Assembly (NCBI GenBank): GCA_964464605.1
Contig: CAYXJN010000009.1
Location: forward strand, 1 to 64,000
Length of the DNA stretch: 64,000 nucleotides
DNA from: an uncultured Ignavibacteriales bacterium
Lineage (GTDB): Bacteria; Zixibacteria; MSB-5A5; GN15; FEB-12
Reading direction: 5' to 3'
In this document: positions 8,027-17,592 of the stretch, in pieces
Position numbering within the stretch: the first letter of the stretch is position 1
Layout of the letters: every line of letters begins with the position of its first letter
Notes under the pieces: generated by a model
Database searches by the model: none
Told to the model about the DNA's origin: nothing
Seen by the model: the letters and a program-made list of their open reading frames with translations, nothing else
Position numbers and translations under genes: made by a program

Positions 8027-10477
8027 ATGCGAAAGTATTCATCGTACATTCTTTTCTTGCTGATAACGATTCTGGTCAGCCTGCTGTATTTGAACAACTT
8101 CGGTCCGCTCGTCAGCTTACAGCGTTCGATTCATGACAGCTTGTGCTCCATCGCCGCTCCGGAACAAACCGGTAAAAGCGTCGCCTTAGTCACTATCGAT
8201 AAAAAGGCGCTTGAATCCTACGGCGAATGGCCCTGGAACCGTGACCTGATTGCCGATTTAACCGCCGCGGTCGACAGCGGAAAGCCGAAAGGCATTCTGC
8301 TCGATATGGACTTAAGCGAAAACTCACAGCAGGATTCGGCCGGATATACGACGGTCCTTGCTGATCAGATCAGCACCATCGGTCACGTTATTCTTCCCTA
8401 TGAAATCGCCCTTGCGCAGTTCCGCAGTAACAAGACCAGCAAACCGGAACATCTGTTCCAAAATTCGATTCTGGTAGACAATCCGCTCGGTCTTATGGAG
8501 GAAGGCTCATCACTGCAGGCTCGCAAAGTGTTCCTTCCTGCTGAACGGCTTTTGGATGTCAAACCGGCCATTGGATTCGAATATGTTCAATCCGATGATG
8601 ACCGGGTTGTTCGCTATCAACCGCTGGCGGTGAATTACGACGGGTATTACTACCCATCTGTTGTTTTACAGTCGGCGGCCATGTCACTCGGGGTTCACCC
8701 TGACCAGATTAAGATTATCGAAAATCAGGAAATCCAGCTGGGCGGCAAACGGAACATTCCGATCAACCAGTTTACCGCCAGCTACACATTGTATCCGTCG
8801 TCGATGAATTTCCCGAAATACTCCGCGGCCGAAGTGCTTGAAGACGGCTTCAACTTCTCAAACCTCAAGGACAAACTGGTAATTATCACCGTTGACGACC
8901 GTAGCCAGGTTGAATACTATGCGACATCACTCAGCAACGAAACTCCTGAATATGTTATCAAAGCTGCGGCCATTGACAATATCATCAGCAATAATCTGGT
9001 CAGTGTTCGCAAAGATGGTCAACCGGTTGACTTGATGATTCTCTTCATTTTTGGCGGTCTCTGCGCGTTTCTGTTGCCCCGCTTAAAAATGCAGTTACGC
9101 ATGGCCGTACTCGGTGGTGCAATGTTGCTTCTGTGCGGAATCAGCTATTATATGTTCAGTTCGCAGCTGACCTTGTTTACCAATATCTTTTTCTTCTTGC
9201 AGTTGGCTTTCTTTACTGTCGCCGCTTGGTTGGTTGATTCCAGTCTCATCGCCGGCCCCGCTACCGCCAGCGCAACACCGCAGCGAAAAGCTCCGCCGAA
9301 AGTCAAGAAAGACAAAACGCCCACCAACGCCGATGGAGATACACCGGTACGTGAAGTACGAGCCAAAGCCTCCGACCCTGAAAATATTTCCACTGCGCAT
9401 ATCGACCAGCCGGATCACAGCGCGCTGGGCAGTTCAATCGATATCGATCTCTCAACTGTCGGCGCCGAAGCTGCCGATCGCAAGTCTTCCTCCGGCAAAC
9501 TCAAAAAGTCGCCTGAGATTATTTCTTCTTCCCCGTCCGGTTCATACAAAGCAGTCGGCAACGACTACAATCCGGATGATGAACTCGAATTGGATAGCAA
9601 CGACAGTGGCAACACCGAAATGCCGTCCGCCGAAACGATCAATGTCAAGAATCTCGGCCGTTATCAGATTCTCGGTACGCTCGGCAAAGGTGCAATGGGA
9701 CACGTCTATAAAGGTGTTGACCCGGCCATTAACCGTCCGGTCGCGCTCAAGACGATTCGGTTGGATTTCGTGAACGATCCGGAAGAAATGGAAGAATTGA
9801 AAGAACGCTTGTTCCGCGAAGCACAGGCAGCCGGAAAACTTTCGCATCCGAACATCGTAACGATTTACGACGTCGGCTCCGAAGGCCCGCTGCAGTATAT
9901 CGCTATGGAATATCTTGAAGGTCAGACGCTTGAAACGCTGATCAAGAAGAAAACCCAGTTCAACTATCGTATTATTTCGCAGATTATCATGCAGATTTGT
10001 TCTGCCCTCGAATATGGTCACAGTCAGGGTATTGTTCACCGGGATATCAAACCGGCCAATATCATGGTGCTGAAAGATTACTCGATCAAAGTCATGGATT
10101 ACGGTATTGCCCGAGTCGATTCCCATTCGATGACCAAAACCGGTATCGCTATGGGTACGCCGAATTATATTTCACCGGAACAGCTGCAGGGCAAATCGAT
10201 CGATCAGCGCGCCGACTTGTTCTCGCTCGGCGTGGTGATGTACGAACTGCTCTTGGGACGCCGTCCGTTCCGCGGTGAAAATATCACCTCACTTATCTAT
10301 GCAATTTTGAATCAGGAACCGGAACGCCCGTCGACTATCAACCCGCAGATTCCGCTTCTGTTCGATCATATTATTACCCGCTCGCTAAAGAAGAACCCAA
10401 GCGAACGGTATCAGCGCGCCAAAGAAATCAGCGCCGATCTCTCCGATTTCGTGGAAGCTTTCGCGGTTAAGAAATAA
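8027..10477 (+). CDS. CHASE2 sensor domain-containing Ser/Thr protein kinase
   Basis: N-terminal TM, CHASE2-like periplasmic domain (YGEWPWNRDLIADL) and three more TM helices. Pro/Ser-rich linker, then a Hanks kinase domain (GKGAMGHVYKG, VALKTI, HRDIKPANIM, DYGIA, GTPNYISPE). Confidence 0.85.
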   Translation: MRKYSSYILFLLITILVSLLYLNNFGPLVSLQRSIHDSLCSIAAPEQTGKSVALVTIDKKALESYGEWPWNRDLIADLTAAVDSGKPKGILLDMDLSENSQQDSAGYTTVLADQISTIGHVILPYEIALAQFRSNKTSKPEHLFQNSILVDNPLGLMEEGSSLQARKVFLPAERLLDVKPAIGFEYVQSDDDRVVRYQPLAVNYDGYYYPSVVLQSAAMSLGVHPDQIKIIENQEIQLGGKRNIPINQFTASYTLYPSSMNFPKYSAAEVLEDGFNFSNLKDKLVIITVDDRSQVEYYATSLSNETPEYVIKAAAIDNIISNNLVSVRKDGQPVDLMILFIFGGLCAFLLPRLKMQLRMAVLGGAMLLLCGISYYMFSSQLTLFTNIFFFLQLAFFTVAAWLVDSSLIAGPATASATPQRKAPPKVKKDKTPTNADGDTPVREVRAKASDPENISTAHIDQPDHSALGSSIDIDLSTVGAEAADRKSSSGKLKKSPEIISSSPSGSYKAVGNDYNPDDELELDSNDSGNTEMPSAETINVKNLGRYQILGTLGKGAMGHVYKGVDPAINRPVALKTIRLDFVNDPEEMEELKERLFREAQAAGKLSHPNIVTIYDVGSEGPLQYIAMEYLEGQTLETLIKKKTQFNYRIISQIIMQICSALEYGHSQGIVHRDIKPANIMVLKDYSIKVMDYGIARVDSHSMTKTGIAMGTPNYISPEQLQGKSIDQRADLFSLGVVMYELLLGRRPFRGENITSLIYAILNQEPERPSTINPQIPLLFDHIITRSLKKNPSERYQRAKEISADLSDFVEAFAVKK

Positions 10478-10500
10478 CCGTCACAACAGGAAAAACAAAT

Positions 10501-10530
10501 CGCCGCTGGAAACAGCGGCGTTTTTTATTT
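10501..10530. terminator. Bidirectional rho-independent terminator
   Basis: CGCCGCTG-GAAA-CAGCGGCG hairpin followed by TTTTTTATTT and preceded by an A-run. Lies between the convergent kinase gene and the 10549 minus-strand ORF. Confidence 0.7.
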
Positions 10531-10548
10531 GTCAATTTGATGACTAAA

Positions 10549-11001
10549 TCAATCTTCGTCGGCCGGCGGCAGGAGCAAGTCTTCAACCAACGACATCGCC
10601 ACGCCGGACAGCATTACTTCCACCCCAAGCTGGGTGAAATCAGATGAAATGAGATCCCGATTCAGTGATGCATACAACGAACAGGATGCTCCCCGTTCGA
10701 CAACTAATCCGGAAAGATTGTGGCCGGTGTCGGCAACGAACGTAACTTCTCCGAGCTCTTCCGATACCACATAGCCGGTACAGTTGTGCACCTGCAAATG
10801 AGAATTACCGGTATAAACGACCACAAGCATCCCACGCGTTTTGCCAAGGGTTACCTCCGGATACACCTCCAAAGCGAGGGTTCGTTTTTCATCCGCGTTT
10901 TCGACACGGATACGGAAATGATCCCCTTTATGGGATGCATCCTTAGCCTGCAAAACGGCGGCTATTTTATCCGCGTCTGCTTGTGTGAACGAAGAAGCCA
11001 T
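10549..11001 (-). CDS. Hypothetical protein (150 aa)
   Basis: ORF tightly packed after tatA on the same strand (18-nt gap). No motif recognised. Confidence 0.45.
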   Translation of the reverse strand: MASSFTQADADKIAAVLQAKDASHKGDHFRIRVENADEKRTLALEVYPEVTLGKTRGMLVVVYTGNSHLQVHNCTGYVVSEELGEVTFVADTGHNLSGLVVERGASCSLYASLNRDLISSDFTQLGVEVMLSGVAMSLVEDLLLPPADED

Positions 11002-11019
11002 AACGTGAGGTTCGGCGAT

Positions 11020-11226
11020 TTAGTGAGCGGAGGTTTGATCGTTCTTGTTGGACGCTGCCGGCGGATTGCCGCCTTTGGCATCATCAACTTCTTCTTTCAT
11101 CGCCCGCTTAAATTCCCGAATACCTTTCCCCATATTCTGCGCAATTTCAGGGAGCCGTTTCGCGCCGAACAATAGCAGAATCGCTACCACGACTAACGCC
11201 AGTTCCCAGGGACCCATGCCAAACAT
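11020..11226 (-). CDS. tatA: Twin-arginine translocase subunit TatA/E
   Basis: 68 aa: N-terminal TM (LALVVVAILLLFG), then amphipathic helix (AKRLPEIAQNMGKGIREFKRA). Typical TatA. Confidence 0.85.
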   Translation of the reverse strand: MFGMGPWELALVVVAILLLFGAKRLPEIAQNMGKGIREFKRAMKEEVDDAKGGNPPAASNKNDQTSAH

Positions 11227-11251
11227 TACAATCCTCCAATACGGTTAGTGG

Positions 11252-11518
11252 TTACAAATACCACCATCTGAAGTATACAATGACGCCAATCACGCACAAG
11301 ACCGAGACAAAATTGATTTTCAACATCAGTCCGACCGTGAATGAAATAGCGTAAAAATCGACTTTCATCGTTTCAAAGCCGACGGAAATAGACTTGGTAA
11401 AAAGCATCTTCGCCGCCCCTTCAGGCAGGTAGGTGCCGATAATATCTCCAATCAATCCGCCGATTACCGCTCCCAGCAAAAGAGCGATAATAATAAACGT
11501 AATTTCTCTCGCTTTCAT
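11252..11518 (-). CDS. Small membrane protein, DUF4321-like
   Basis: Start taken at MKAREITFIIIALLLG; its ATG overlaps the purQ stop (TAATG). Two predicted TM helices. Confidence 0.5.
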   Translation of the reverse strand: MKAREITFIIIALLLGAVIGGLIGDIIGTYLPEGAAKMLFTKSISVGFETMKVDFYAISFTVGLMLKINFVSVLCVIGVIVYFRWWYL

Positions 11519-12228
11519 TACTTCCCTGCTAAACTCGGGGTCGCCAAAGCGGCGCGTACCGAGGTAAATATCCGTAATCCATCCGTGCAACCGAGAATAT
11601 CTTCAACCGCCCGCTCGGGATGCGGCATCAATCCGACCACATTTCCTTCGGCGTTGCGAATACCGGCGATATTATGCGTCGAGCCGTTCGGGTTGCCAGC
11701 TTCGGTCGGTTTACCAGAAGCATCGACATAACGGAATACGACTTGTCCGGAATCTTCCAAACGGCGGATATCATCGCCGAAGTGGTAGTAGTTCCCTTCG
11801 CCGTGGGCAATCGGTATACGGAGAACATCTCCGATATTCAGACTGCTGGTAAACGGCGTGGCCGTGCTTTCGACCCGGATACGGACAAACTCGCAGGCAA
11901 AACGCAATTGGGCGTTCCGAATCAGAGCGCCGGGCAATAAGCCGCTTTCGGTCAGCACCTGAAAGCCGTTACAAATGCCCAAAACAAGCCCGCCAGAGCG
12001 CGCAAACTGAATTACCTGTTTCATAAGCGGGGACTGTGTGGCAATCGCGCCAGAACGGAGATAATCCCCATAAGAAAAGCCGCCAGGCAGGATAACCAAG
12101 TCGACATTGTGTAAATCTTCAGATTTATGCCAGAGAAACTCGACCTCTTCCTGAAGGATATCCTTCACGGTCGCGTAGGAATCATAGTCGCAATTGGAGC
12201 CGGGAAACCGGACAACGCCGACTTTCAT
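11518..12228 (-). CDS. purQ: Phosphoribosylformylglycinamidine synthase subunit PurQ (glutaminase)
   Basis: MKVGVVRFPGSNCDYD...GICNGFQ...HPER: class I glutamine amidotransferase catalytic Cys/His signature of PurQ. Confidence 0.9.
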   Translation of the reverse strand: MKVGVVRFPGSNCDYDSYATVKDILQEEVEFLWHKSEDLHNVDLVILPGGFSYGDYLRSGAIATQSPLMKQVIQFARSGGLVLGICNGFQVLTESGLLPGALIRNAQLRFACEFVRIRVESTATPFTSSLNIGDVLRIPIAHGEGNYYHFGDDIRRLEDSGQVVFRYVDASGKPTEAGNPNGSTHNIAGIRNAEGNVVGLMPHPERAVEDILGCTDGLRIFTSVRAALATPSLAGK

Positions 12229-12470
12229 TTGTCTATCTCCACGGAAAACTGCTCGATAACCGGGTTAACCAGAAGCTTTTTGGATATATCATCCACAGTG
12301 GCTTTAATATCGCCAACGGAGTTCTCTACTTCAATCTCAAAAAACTTACCGGAGCGGACTGAGGCAACATTGCCAAAGCCCATCTGCCCCAATGCTTTCT
12401 GGATAGTTACACCCTGGGGATCGAGTACCCCGTCTTTTAACCGAACAAAAACTGTCGCCTTCTTAGTCAT
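12225..12470 (-). CDS. purS: Phosphoribosylformylglycinamidine synthase subunit PurS
   Basis: 81-aa protein immediately upstream of purQ, overlapping it by 4 nt. Typical PurS length and sequence. Confidence 0.85.
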   Translation of the reverse strand: MTKKATVFVRLKDGVLDPQGVTIQKALGQMGFGNVASVRSGKFFEIEVENSVGDIKATVDDISKKLLVNPVIEQFSVEIDK

Positions 12471-13239
12471 CCTGATATGTCCGTTCCTCTTCCCGTGTAC
12501 GTCCGTACACGCGGCCGGTTACCTTGCCGACTCCGCGTGAAGTTAACTTAAAACCTTCTTTTGCCATCCCCCATAATATATAGAGTGCAAAAAGCGGAAA
12601 CAACATCAGTCTCGGATTAATAAGTAAGAGAACTCCGGCCAAAACAATGATAGCCAGCCGGATACGGCCGGCCGGAGAATCGAAACGATCCGGCATGCTT
12701 TCGTATTCGACATGCGAAACCATCAAAAAAGCGAAAACAATAATCATCGTCACCAGTATTTCCGTGTACTGCAAACTCTGCCAAACCTGATTGGAGAAAA
12801 TTATGTAAGACACAATACCGATCGCCGCAGCCGGAACGGGCAGGCCGAGAAAGTTCTTTTTCTCTTCTGAGTCGGCCATCAGGTTGTAACGGGCTAAACG
12901 GTACGAAGCCGCCATAATATAGATAACCGAAAGGATCCAAAACCATTTTCCCATATGCTCAAGCACCTGCGTGTAAACCATCAGCGCCGGAGCGATACCA
13001 AACGACAGAAAATCGGCAAGGGAATCAAGCTCGACGCCAAACGCTGAAGTCCCGCCGGTTAATCGGGCGATCTTGCCATCCAATAAATCAAGAAACCCGG
13101 CCAGAAGAATAAACCAGCAAGCAGTAATTACCTGTCCTTCGACGGTCGAAAGAATCGCCAAAAAGCCGCACACCACGTTACCCATGGTGAACGTGCTGGG
13201 GAGCATTCCTCTATAATTGCGCGTTCGTACTTCGTTCAT
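12463..13239 (-). CDS. pssA: CDP-diacylglycerol--serine O-phosphatidyltransferase
   Basis: CDP-alcohol phosphatidyltransferase motif DGKIAR...G...GVELDSLAD; multi-TM. Confidence 0.85.
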   Translation of the reverse strand: MNEVRTRNYRGMLPSTFTMGNVVCGFLAILSTVEGQVITACWFILLAGFLDLLDGKIARLTGGTSAFGVELDSLADFLSFGIAPALMVYTQVLEHMGKWFWILSVIYIMAASYRLARYNLMADSEEKKNFLGLPVPAAAIGIVSYIIFSNQVWQSLQYTEILVTMIIVFAFLMVSHVEYESMPDRFDSPAGRIRLAIIVLAGVLLLINPRLMLFPLFALYILWGMAKEGFKLTSRGVGKVTGRVYGRTREEERTYQDD

Positions 13240-13915
13240 TGCTCGTTCGATTCGTATTCACCGGTTCAGCCAGAAACCCGATTACCGTTTCTCCGCCAAC
13301 TACCCGGTCACCGACATTTACTTCTACTTTACTGTCCGAGGGGAAGAATAGTTCCGCCCGTGAACCGAAACGTATCATTCCAAAGCGTTCCCCGCCGGTC
13401 ACCCTATCCCCTTCTTTTATACGACAAATAATCCGCCGGGCGATAAGCCCTGCTATCTGTTTCACAACTACCACGCGGCCGTCGGCGGTTTTGATACCGA
13501 TTTCGGTCTGTTCATTCTCCTCAGATGCTTTATCGACAAAAGCGGCTAAGAACTTCCCAGCGTTGTATCGGTACGATGATACCACTCCCGACACTGGCAC
13601 CCGGTTGACATGGACATCGAATACATTCAAAAAAATAGAAACTTTGATAACTTCACCGCTCATCTGCGGATATGACTGCAACCGCTCGACACCGATCACT
13701 TTTCCGTTGGCCGGTGAAATGAGCGCATACGGTGATAGTGATGCCGGAATCGTATTTGGATCACGAAAGAAATACGTAACGAACACGGTCAGCATCGCCG
13801 TTATCGAGCAGAGCACAATCAAGGTGACGCTATTAAACCGATACGCCGCCCAAAAGAGTCCGGCGGTTACGACAAGAAAAAGCAGAATGAACGGAACACC
13901 TTCGCGGGCAATCAT
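13211..13915 (-). CDS. psd: Phosphatidylserine decarboxylase (short-form proenzyme)
   Basis: GERFGMIRFGSR self-cleavage (GS) region and N-terminal TM. Overlaps pssA by 29 nt. Confidence 0.85.
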   Translation of the reverse strand: MIAREGVPFILLFLVVTAGLFWAAYRFNSVTLIVLCSITAMLTVFVTYFFRDPNTIPASLSPYALISPANGKVIGVERLQSYPQMSGEVIKVSIFLNVFDVHVNRVPVSGVVSSYRYNAGKFLAAFVDKASEENEQTEIGIKTADGRVVVVKQIAGLIARRIICRIKEGDRVTGGERFGMIRFGSRAELFFPSDSKVEVNVGDRVVGGETVIGFLAEPVNTNRTSNERSTNAQL

Positions 13916-15207
13916 CGACCGAACACCCGCTTAAAGATGGTCGGCACATGTTTAGTGTACGGCTGTAAAGAAAAACAGGCATCGATATCAGCTGCACTGA
14001 GATGTTTGCTTATTTCCGGATCGGCTTTCGCAAGTACATGGAATGAACTTCGTTCATTAAGCGCACGTAGTGCGTTGCGCTGTACCATCCGATATGCCAT
14101 ATCCCGTGAACCAACTTTTGGTGTGAGTTTCAGCAATACTCGCTGCGAAAAAACCAATCCACCGCCGAAGAAGATATTTTCTTTCATCCGGTCTTTGTTG
14201 ATCTGCAAACCGCTTAAAATACCAGCAAATTTATGCAAGGCGTAATCGACTGCAATAGTAGCATCCGGCACAATCACCCGCTCAACCGAGGAATGCGCGA
14301 TATCCCGTTCATGCCAGAGCGGAACATTCTCCATGGATGACAATGCATATCCTCTAACTAATCTGGCAAGGCCAGTGATTCGTTCGGCGGTAATCGGGTT
14401 TCGTTTATGCGGCATGGCGGATGAACCTTTTTGTCCTTTGCTGAACGGTTCATACATCTCACCGATTTCGGTGCGCTGCAAATTCCGGATCTCAGTCGCG
14501 AATTTTTCAAGCGATGACATCAAAATTGCAAGCGAAGTCAAATAATAGGCGTGGCGGTCTCGCTGCAGCACCTGTGTTGATGCTTCGGCCGGGCTCAGTT
14601 TCAATTCCCGCAGAACTGCTACTTCAACTTTCGGATCGAGATTGGCAAAATTACCGACTGCGCCGGAAAGTTTGCCCACCGCCATCATTTTGGCGGCGTC
14701 GTTGAACCGCTTTCTTCCGCGCGACAACTCTGCATACCAAACGGCGAATTTTAATCCGACTGTTGTCGGTTCGGCTAATACACCGTGCGTACGACCGATA
14801 CAGGGAGTCAGTTTATATTTGTTCGCGAGTTTTTTGATGAGTGAAAGCGTATCCCCGATTTTTCCGTCGATAATTTCCGCCGCCTGTTTCATCTGAAGTG
14901 ACAACGCGGTATCGACAACATCCGAAGATGTCAGTCCATAATGCAGATATTTTCCGGCTGTGCCGATTTCTTCGGAAACTGCGGTGGTGAAGGCAATCAA
15001 ATCATGGTTCACTTCCCGCTCGATCTGATTGATTCGTTTAACCGAAAATTTCGCCCACTTTTTCATTGTCTGGTAGGCCGCTGTCGGGATAATACCCATT
15101 TTCGCCTGTACTTTGGCGGTTGCCAATTCAACCTGCAGCCAGGAATTGAATTTAGCCTCTTCCGACCACAACGCCCCCATCTCCGGTAATGTATAACGAG
15201 CTATCAT
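13912..15207 (-). CDS. purB: Adenylosuccinate lyase
   Basis: 431 aa. Fumarate-lyase family with the typical PurB N-terminus [20 protein letters not shown] and the SSAMPHKRNP signature. Confidence 0.9.
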   Translation of the reverse strand: MIARYTLPEMGALWSEEAKFNSWLQVELATAKVQAKMGIIPTAAYQTMKKWAKFSVKRINQIEREVNHDLIAFTTAVSEEIGTAGKYLHYGLTSSDVVDTALSLQMKQAAEIIDGKIGDTLSLIKKLANKYKLTPCIGRTHGVLAEPTTVGLKFAVWYAELSRGRKRFNDAAKMMAVGKLSGAVGNFANLDPKVEVAVLRELKLSPAEASTQVLQRDRHAYYLTSLAILMSSLEKFATEIRNLQRTEIGEMYEPFSKGQKGSSAMPHKRNPITAERITGLARLVRGYALSSMENVPLWHERDIAHSSVERVIVPDATIAVDYALHKFAGILSGLQINKDRMKENIFFGGGLVFSQRVLLKLTPKVGSRDMAYRMVQRNALRALNERSSFHVLAKADPEISKHLSAADIDACFSLQPYTKHVPTIFKRVFGR

Positions 15208-15854
15208 CAGCCTTTATTGGCCTTCTTATAATCAGCGAGAAACTTTTCCAGTCCGATATCGGTCAGCGGATGCTTGATCAACTGCGCGATCACGCTGTAC
15301 GGCATGGTAGCAACATCAGCACCGATAAGCGCCGATTCTACGATATGCATCGGATGGCGAACCGAGGCGACCAGCACTTCCGTTTCGTAATGATAATTGC
15401 GGTAAATCGTCACGATCTCTTCGATCAGCTTCATTCCGTGCGTGGAAACATCATCAAGCCGCCCGATAAAGGGTGAGACATAGCTTGCACCCGCTTTTGC
15501 AACCAACAATGCCTGCGACGGAGAAAACACGAGTGTCGCATTGGTTCTGATGCCTCGGCTATGCAGCGTTTTGATCGCTTTGAGCCCTTCCAAAATCGTC
15601 GGGATCTTGACCACGATATTGTCAGCGATTTTAATCAGCTCATCCGCTTCTTTAATCATACCGGCATAATCAGTCGAAATTACTTCCGCCGATACCGGTC
15701 CGGGAACGATCTTACAGATTTCAGCGAGAATTTCTTTGTAGGGCGCGGTCTCTTTGGCGGCAAGCGAGGGGTTAGTCGTTACGCCATCCAGCACCCCCAT
15801 TGCGGCAGCACTGCGGATTTCATCCAGATTGGCGGTATCAATAAAGAATTTCAC
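15207..15854 (-). CDS. tal: Transaldolase / fructose-6-phosphate aldolase (short TalC/FsaA type)
   Basis: 215 aa, [14 protein letters not shown]...; short-form transaldolase family. Confidence 0.8.
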   Translation of the reverse strand: MKFFIDTANLDEIRSAAAMGVLDGVTTNPSLAAKETAPYKEILAEICKIVPGPVSAEVISTDYAGMIKEADELIKIADNIVVKIPTILEGLKAIKTLHSRGIRTNATLVFSPSQALLVAKAGASYVSPFIGRLDDVSTHGMKLIEEIVTIYRNYHYETEVLVASVRHPMHIVESALIGADVATMPYSVIAQLIKHPLTDIGLEKFLADYKKANKG

Positions 15855-16624
15855 GGGGTATCTCCTTCATAACCGACCGACACCAGATATAACCCCTGTG
15901 CCGGAGCGGTAAAAACAACTCTTCGTCCATGTGGTGAGCGCATAATATCGGCGAAATCGGGCAAAGTCAAGTTGCCGGGATTGGCATCCTGCGTGTCGCT
16001 TGAGAGGTTAACCATTCCGCCAACCAATGACCGCACCATGCCGTGCAAAAACCTGTCTCCCCGAATTTCATAACTGAGCAAATCCCCATACCGAAACCAG
16101 CGGGAATAATAAATCGTGCAGCGGTTATCTTCTTTAAGTGATGTTTTCACGCAGAACGGGCTGAAGTCATGCTCTCCCAAAACCAGCTTCGCCGCTTCCT
16201 GTAATCGCTCGAATGATAGTCCATAAAAATATTCCCACCGAAACGCGCCGTATAACGCTGATTTTTCGGTGCTGATCAAATACCGATAGCGGCGAAAGGT
16301 CGCATCACGCCGGGCATTGAACCAATCAGCAGCTTCGCTGCTTTTTTTGATGCGAATATCCTGCGGCAAAAAATAATTGAGCGCTTCTTTGTAGCGATGC
16401 GGCTCAAGCGGATGTTCCGTTCGAAAATTAGCCACTTGCCCCAATGCATGTACACCGGCATCGGTACGCCCGGCGCCGTTCACCATTATCTTTTCACCGA
16501 CAACTTTTTCAAGGGCGTTGGCTAATTCGGCTTGAATGGTCGACGGGGTATTCTCTTGCCATTGCCAGCCGGAGTAATTGCCGCCATGATACTCGATCGT
16601 CAGTTTGATATTACGCTTTGCCAT
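15851..16624 (-). CDS. truA: tRNA pseudouridine(38-40) synthase
   Basis: Start placed at [23 protein letters not shown], the TruA N-terminal signature. The longer ORF start would overlap ecfT by 38 nt. Confidence 0.85.
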   Translation of the reverse strand: MAKRNIKLTIEYHGGNYSGWQWQENTPSTIQAELANALEKVVGEKIMVNGAGRTDAGVHALGQVANFRTEHPLEPHRYKEALNYFLPQDIRIKKSSEAADWFNARRDATFRRYRYLISTEKSALYGAFRWEYFYGLSFERLQEAAKLVLGEHDFSPFCVKTSLKEDNRCTIYYSRWFRYGDLLSYEIRGDRFLHGMVRSLVGGMVNLSSDTQDANPGNLTLPDFADIMRSPHGRRVVFTAPAQGLYLVSVGYEGDTP

Positions 16625-17420
16625 AGCTGGTAAACAGATAAAGAGCAAAAAAGATTACCGAGAAAACAAAGAGTACAACCCAATCAAGCGCTTGCATACG
16701 GCGCTGAGCGTAATGTGTCCGTTTTCCTGTTGCCTGATATCCGCGCGCTTTTAAGGCAATCGCGGCGGTATCTGCCCGTTCGGTGATACTGACCAAAAGC
16801 GGCGTTATGATCGAACCGCTGTTCTTGATTCTCGCGAACATCCCGTTTGAAAAATTGACGCCCCGTACGCGCTGGGCATATACGATAGTCGTGAATTCTT
16901 CGTACAACACCGGCACAAACCGCATCGACATAAACAAAAGCAAAGCGATATCTTCAACCGGCACTTTGAACATACCCAGAGGGCGGAACAACTGTGAAAC
17001 CGCATCCGCCATTTCAGAGGGTGAAACCGTTAACGTTACCAGTACCGCCGATAAAAAGAAAAGCACAACGCGCAGCGAGTAGAGAACACCGGTAAGCATA
17101 GATTGATCAGTAATTTTTACACCGATAACAGAGCCGATCTGCATGCCGCTCTTTTCAGCGAATATCAGGTGCAAAACAAAGGTTATCAGCACGGCAATTA
17201 GTAACGGAATTGCGAACTTCATCACCGCTTTCGGTTTTAACTTCAGGCTAAAAAAACCGATAACCAGTATCGCGGAGCTGACCGCATGGAACAAAATCGA
17301 AACACTCAGTACGGATAACACAACCAAAAGCACCGAGACTAATAACTTCACGCGCGAATCAATCCGGTAAATCCAGGAATCCCCCGGCGAATACAAACCG
17401 ATAAACTGAACGTGTGACAT
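16611..17420 (-). CDS. ecfT: Energy-coupling factor transporter transmembrane component EcfT (CbiQ family)
   Basis: Multi-TM protein with a CbiQ/EcfT-like C-terminal region (ITERADTAAIALKARGY). The ecfT-truA adjacency is a conserved arrangement. Confidence 0.7.
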   Translation of the reverse strand: MSHVQFIGLYSPGDSWIYRIDSRVKLLVSVLLVVLSVLSVSILFHAVSSAILVIGFFSLKLKPKAVMKFAIPLLIAVLITFVLHLIFAEKSGMQIGSVIGVKITDQSMLTGVLYSLRVVLFFLSAVLVTLTVSPSEMADAVSQLFRPLGMFKVPVEDIALLLFMSMRFVPVLYEEFTTIVYAQRVRGVNFSNGMFARIKNSGSIITPLLVSITERADTAAIALKARGYQATGKRTHYAQRRMQALDWVVLFVFSVIFFALYLFTSYGKA

Positions 17421-17447
17421 AGAAAAGAATATACGAACGAATGCAGG

Positions 17448-17591
17448 CTAACGGGAGAGTTTCTCTTTTTTCAGTGTACAACTCGGACAGCCATGACTGT
17501 CTTCCGGCTTACTCGTAGACCGTCTGAAATAGCGAAACAGATAAACACAAGCTGCGAGCACGACAAGGATAACGACACAGTTTTGTATCAT
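17448..17591 (-). CDS. FeoB-associated Cys-rich small membrane protein (47 aa), absent from the ORF track
   Basis: Manual translation gives MIQNCVVILVVLAACVYLFRYFRRSTSKPEDSHGCPSCTLKKEKLSR: one TM helix plus a GCPSC motif. The ATG lies 1 nt after the feoB stop (TAG-C-ATG). Confidence 0.55.
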   Translation of the reverse strand: MIQNCVVILVVLAACVYLFRYFRRSTSKPEDSHGCPSCTLKKEKLSR

Positions 17592-17592
17592 G

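Noticed and set aside
9095-10126. Several ORFs (9234-9773 plus, 9542-10126 minus, 9095-9418 minus) inside the kinase gene
   Set aside because: Overlap the well-supported CHASE2-Ser/Thr kinase frame; compositional artefacts of the Pro/Ser-rich linker and antisense frame.
13239-13934. 231-aa plus-strand ORF antisense to psd
   Set aside because: psd on the minus strand has the diagnostic FGSR self-cleavage motif. The antisense ORF is Ser/Thr/Pro-rich nonsense.
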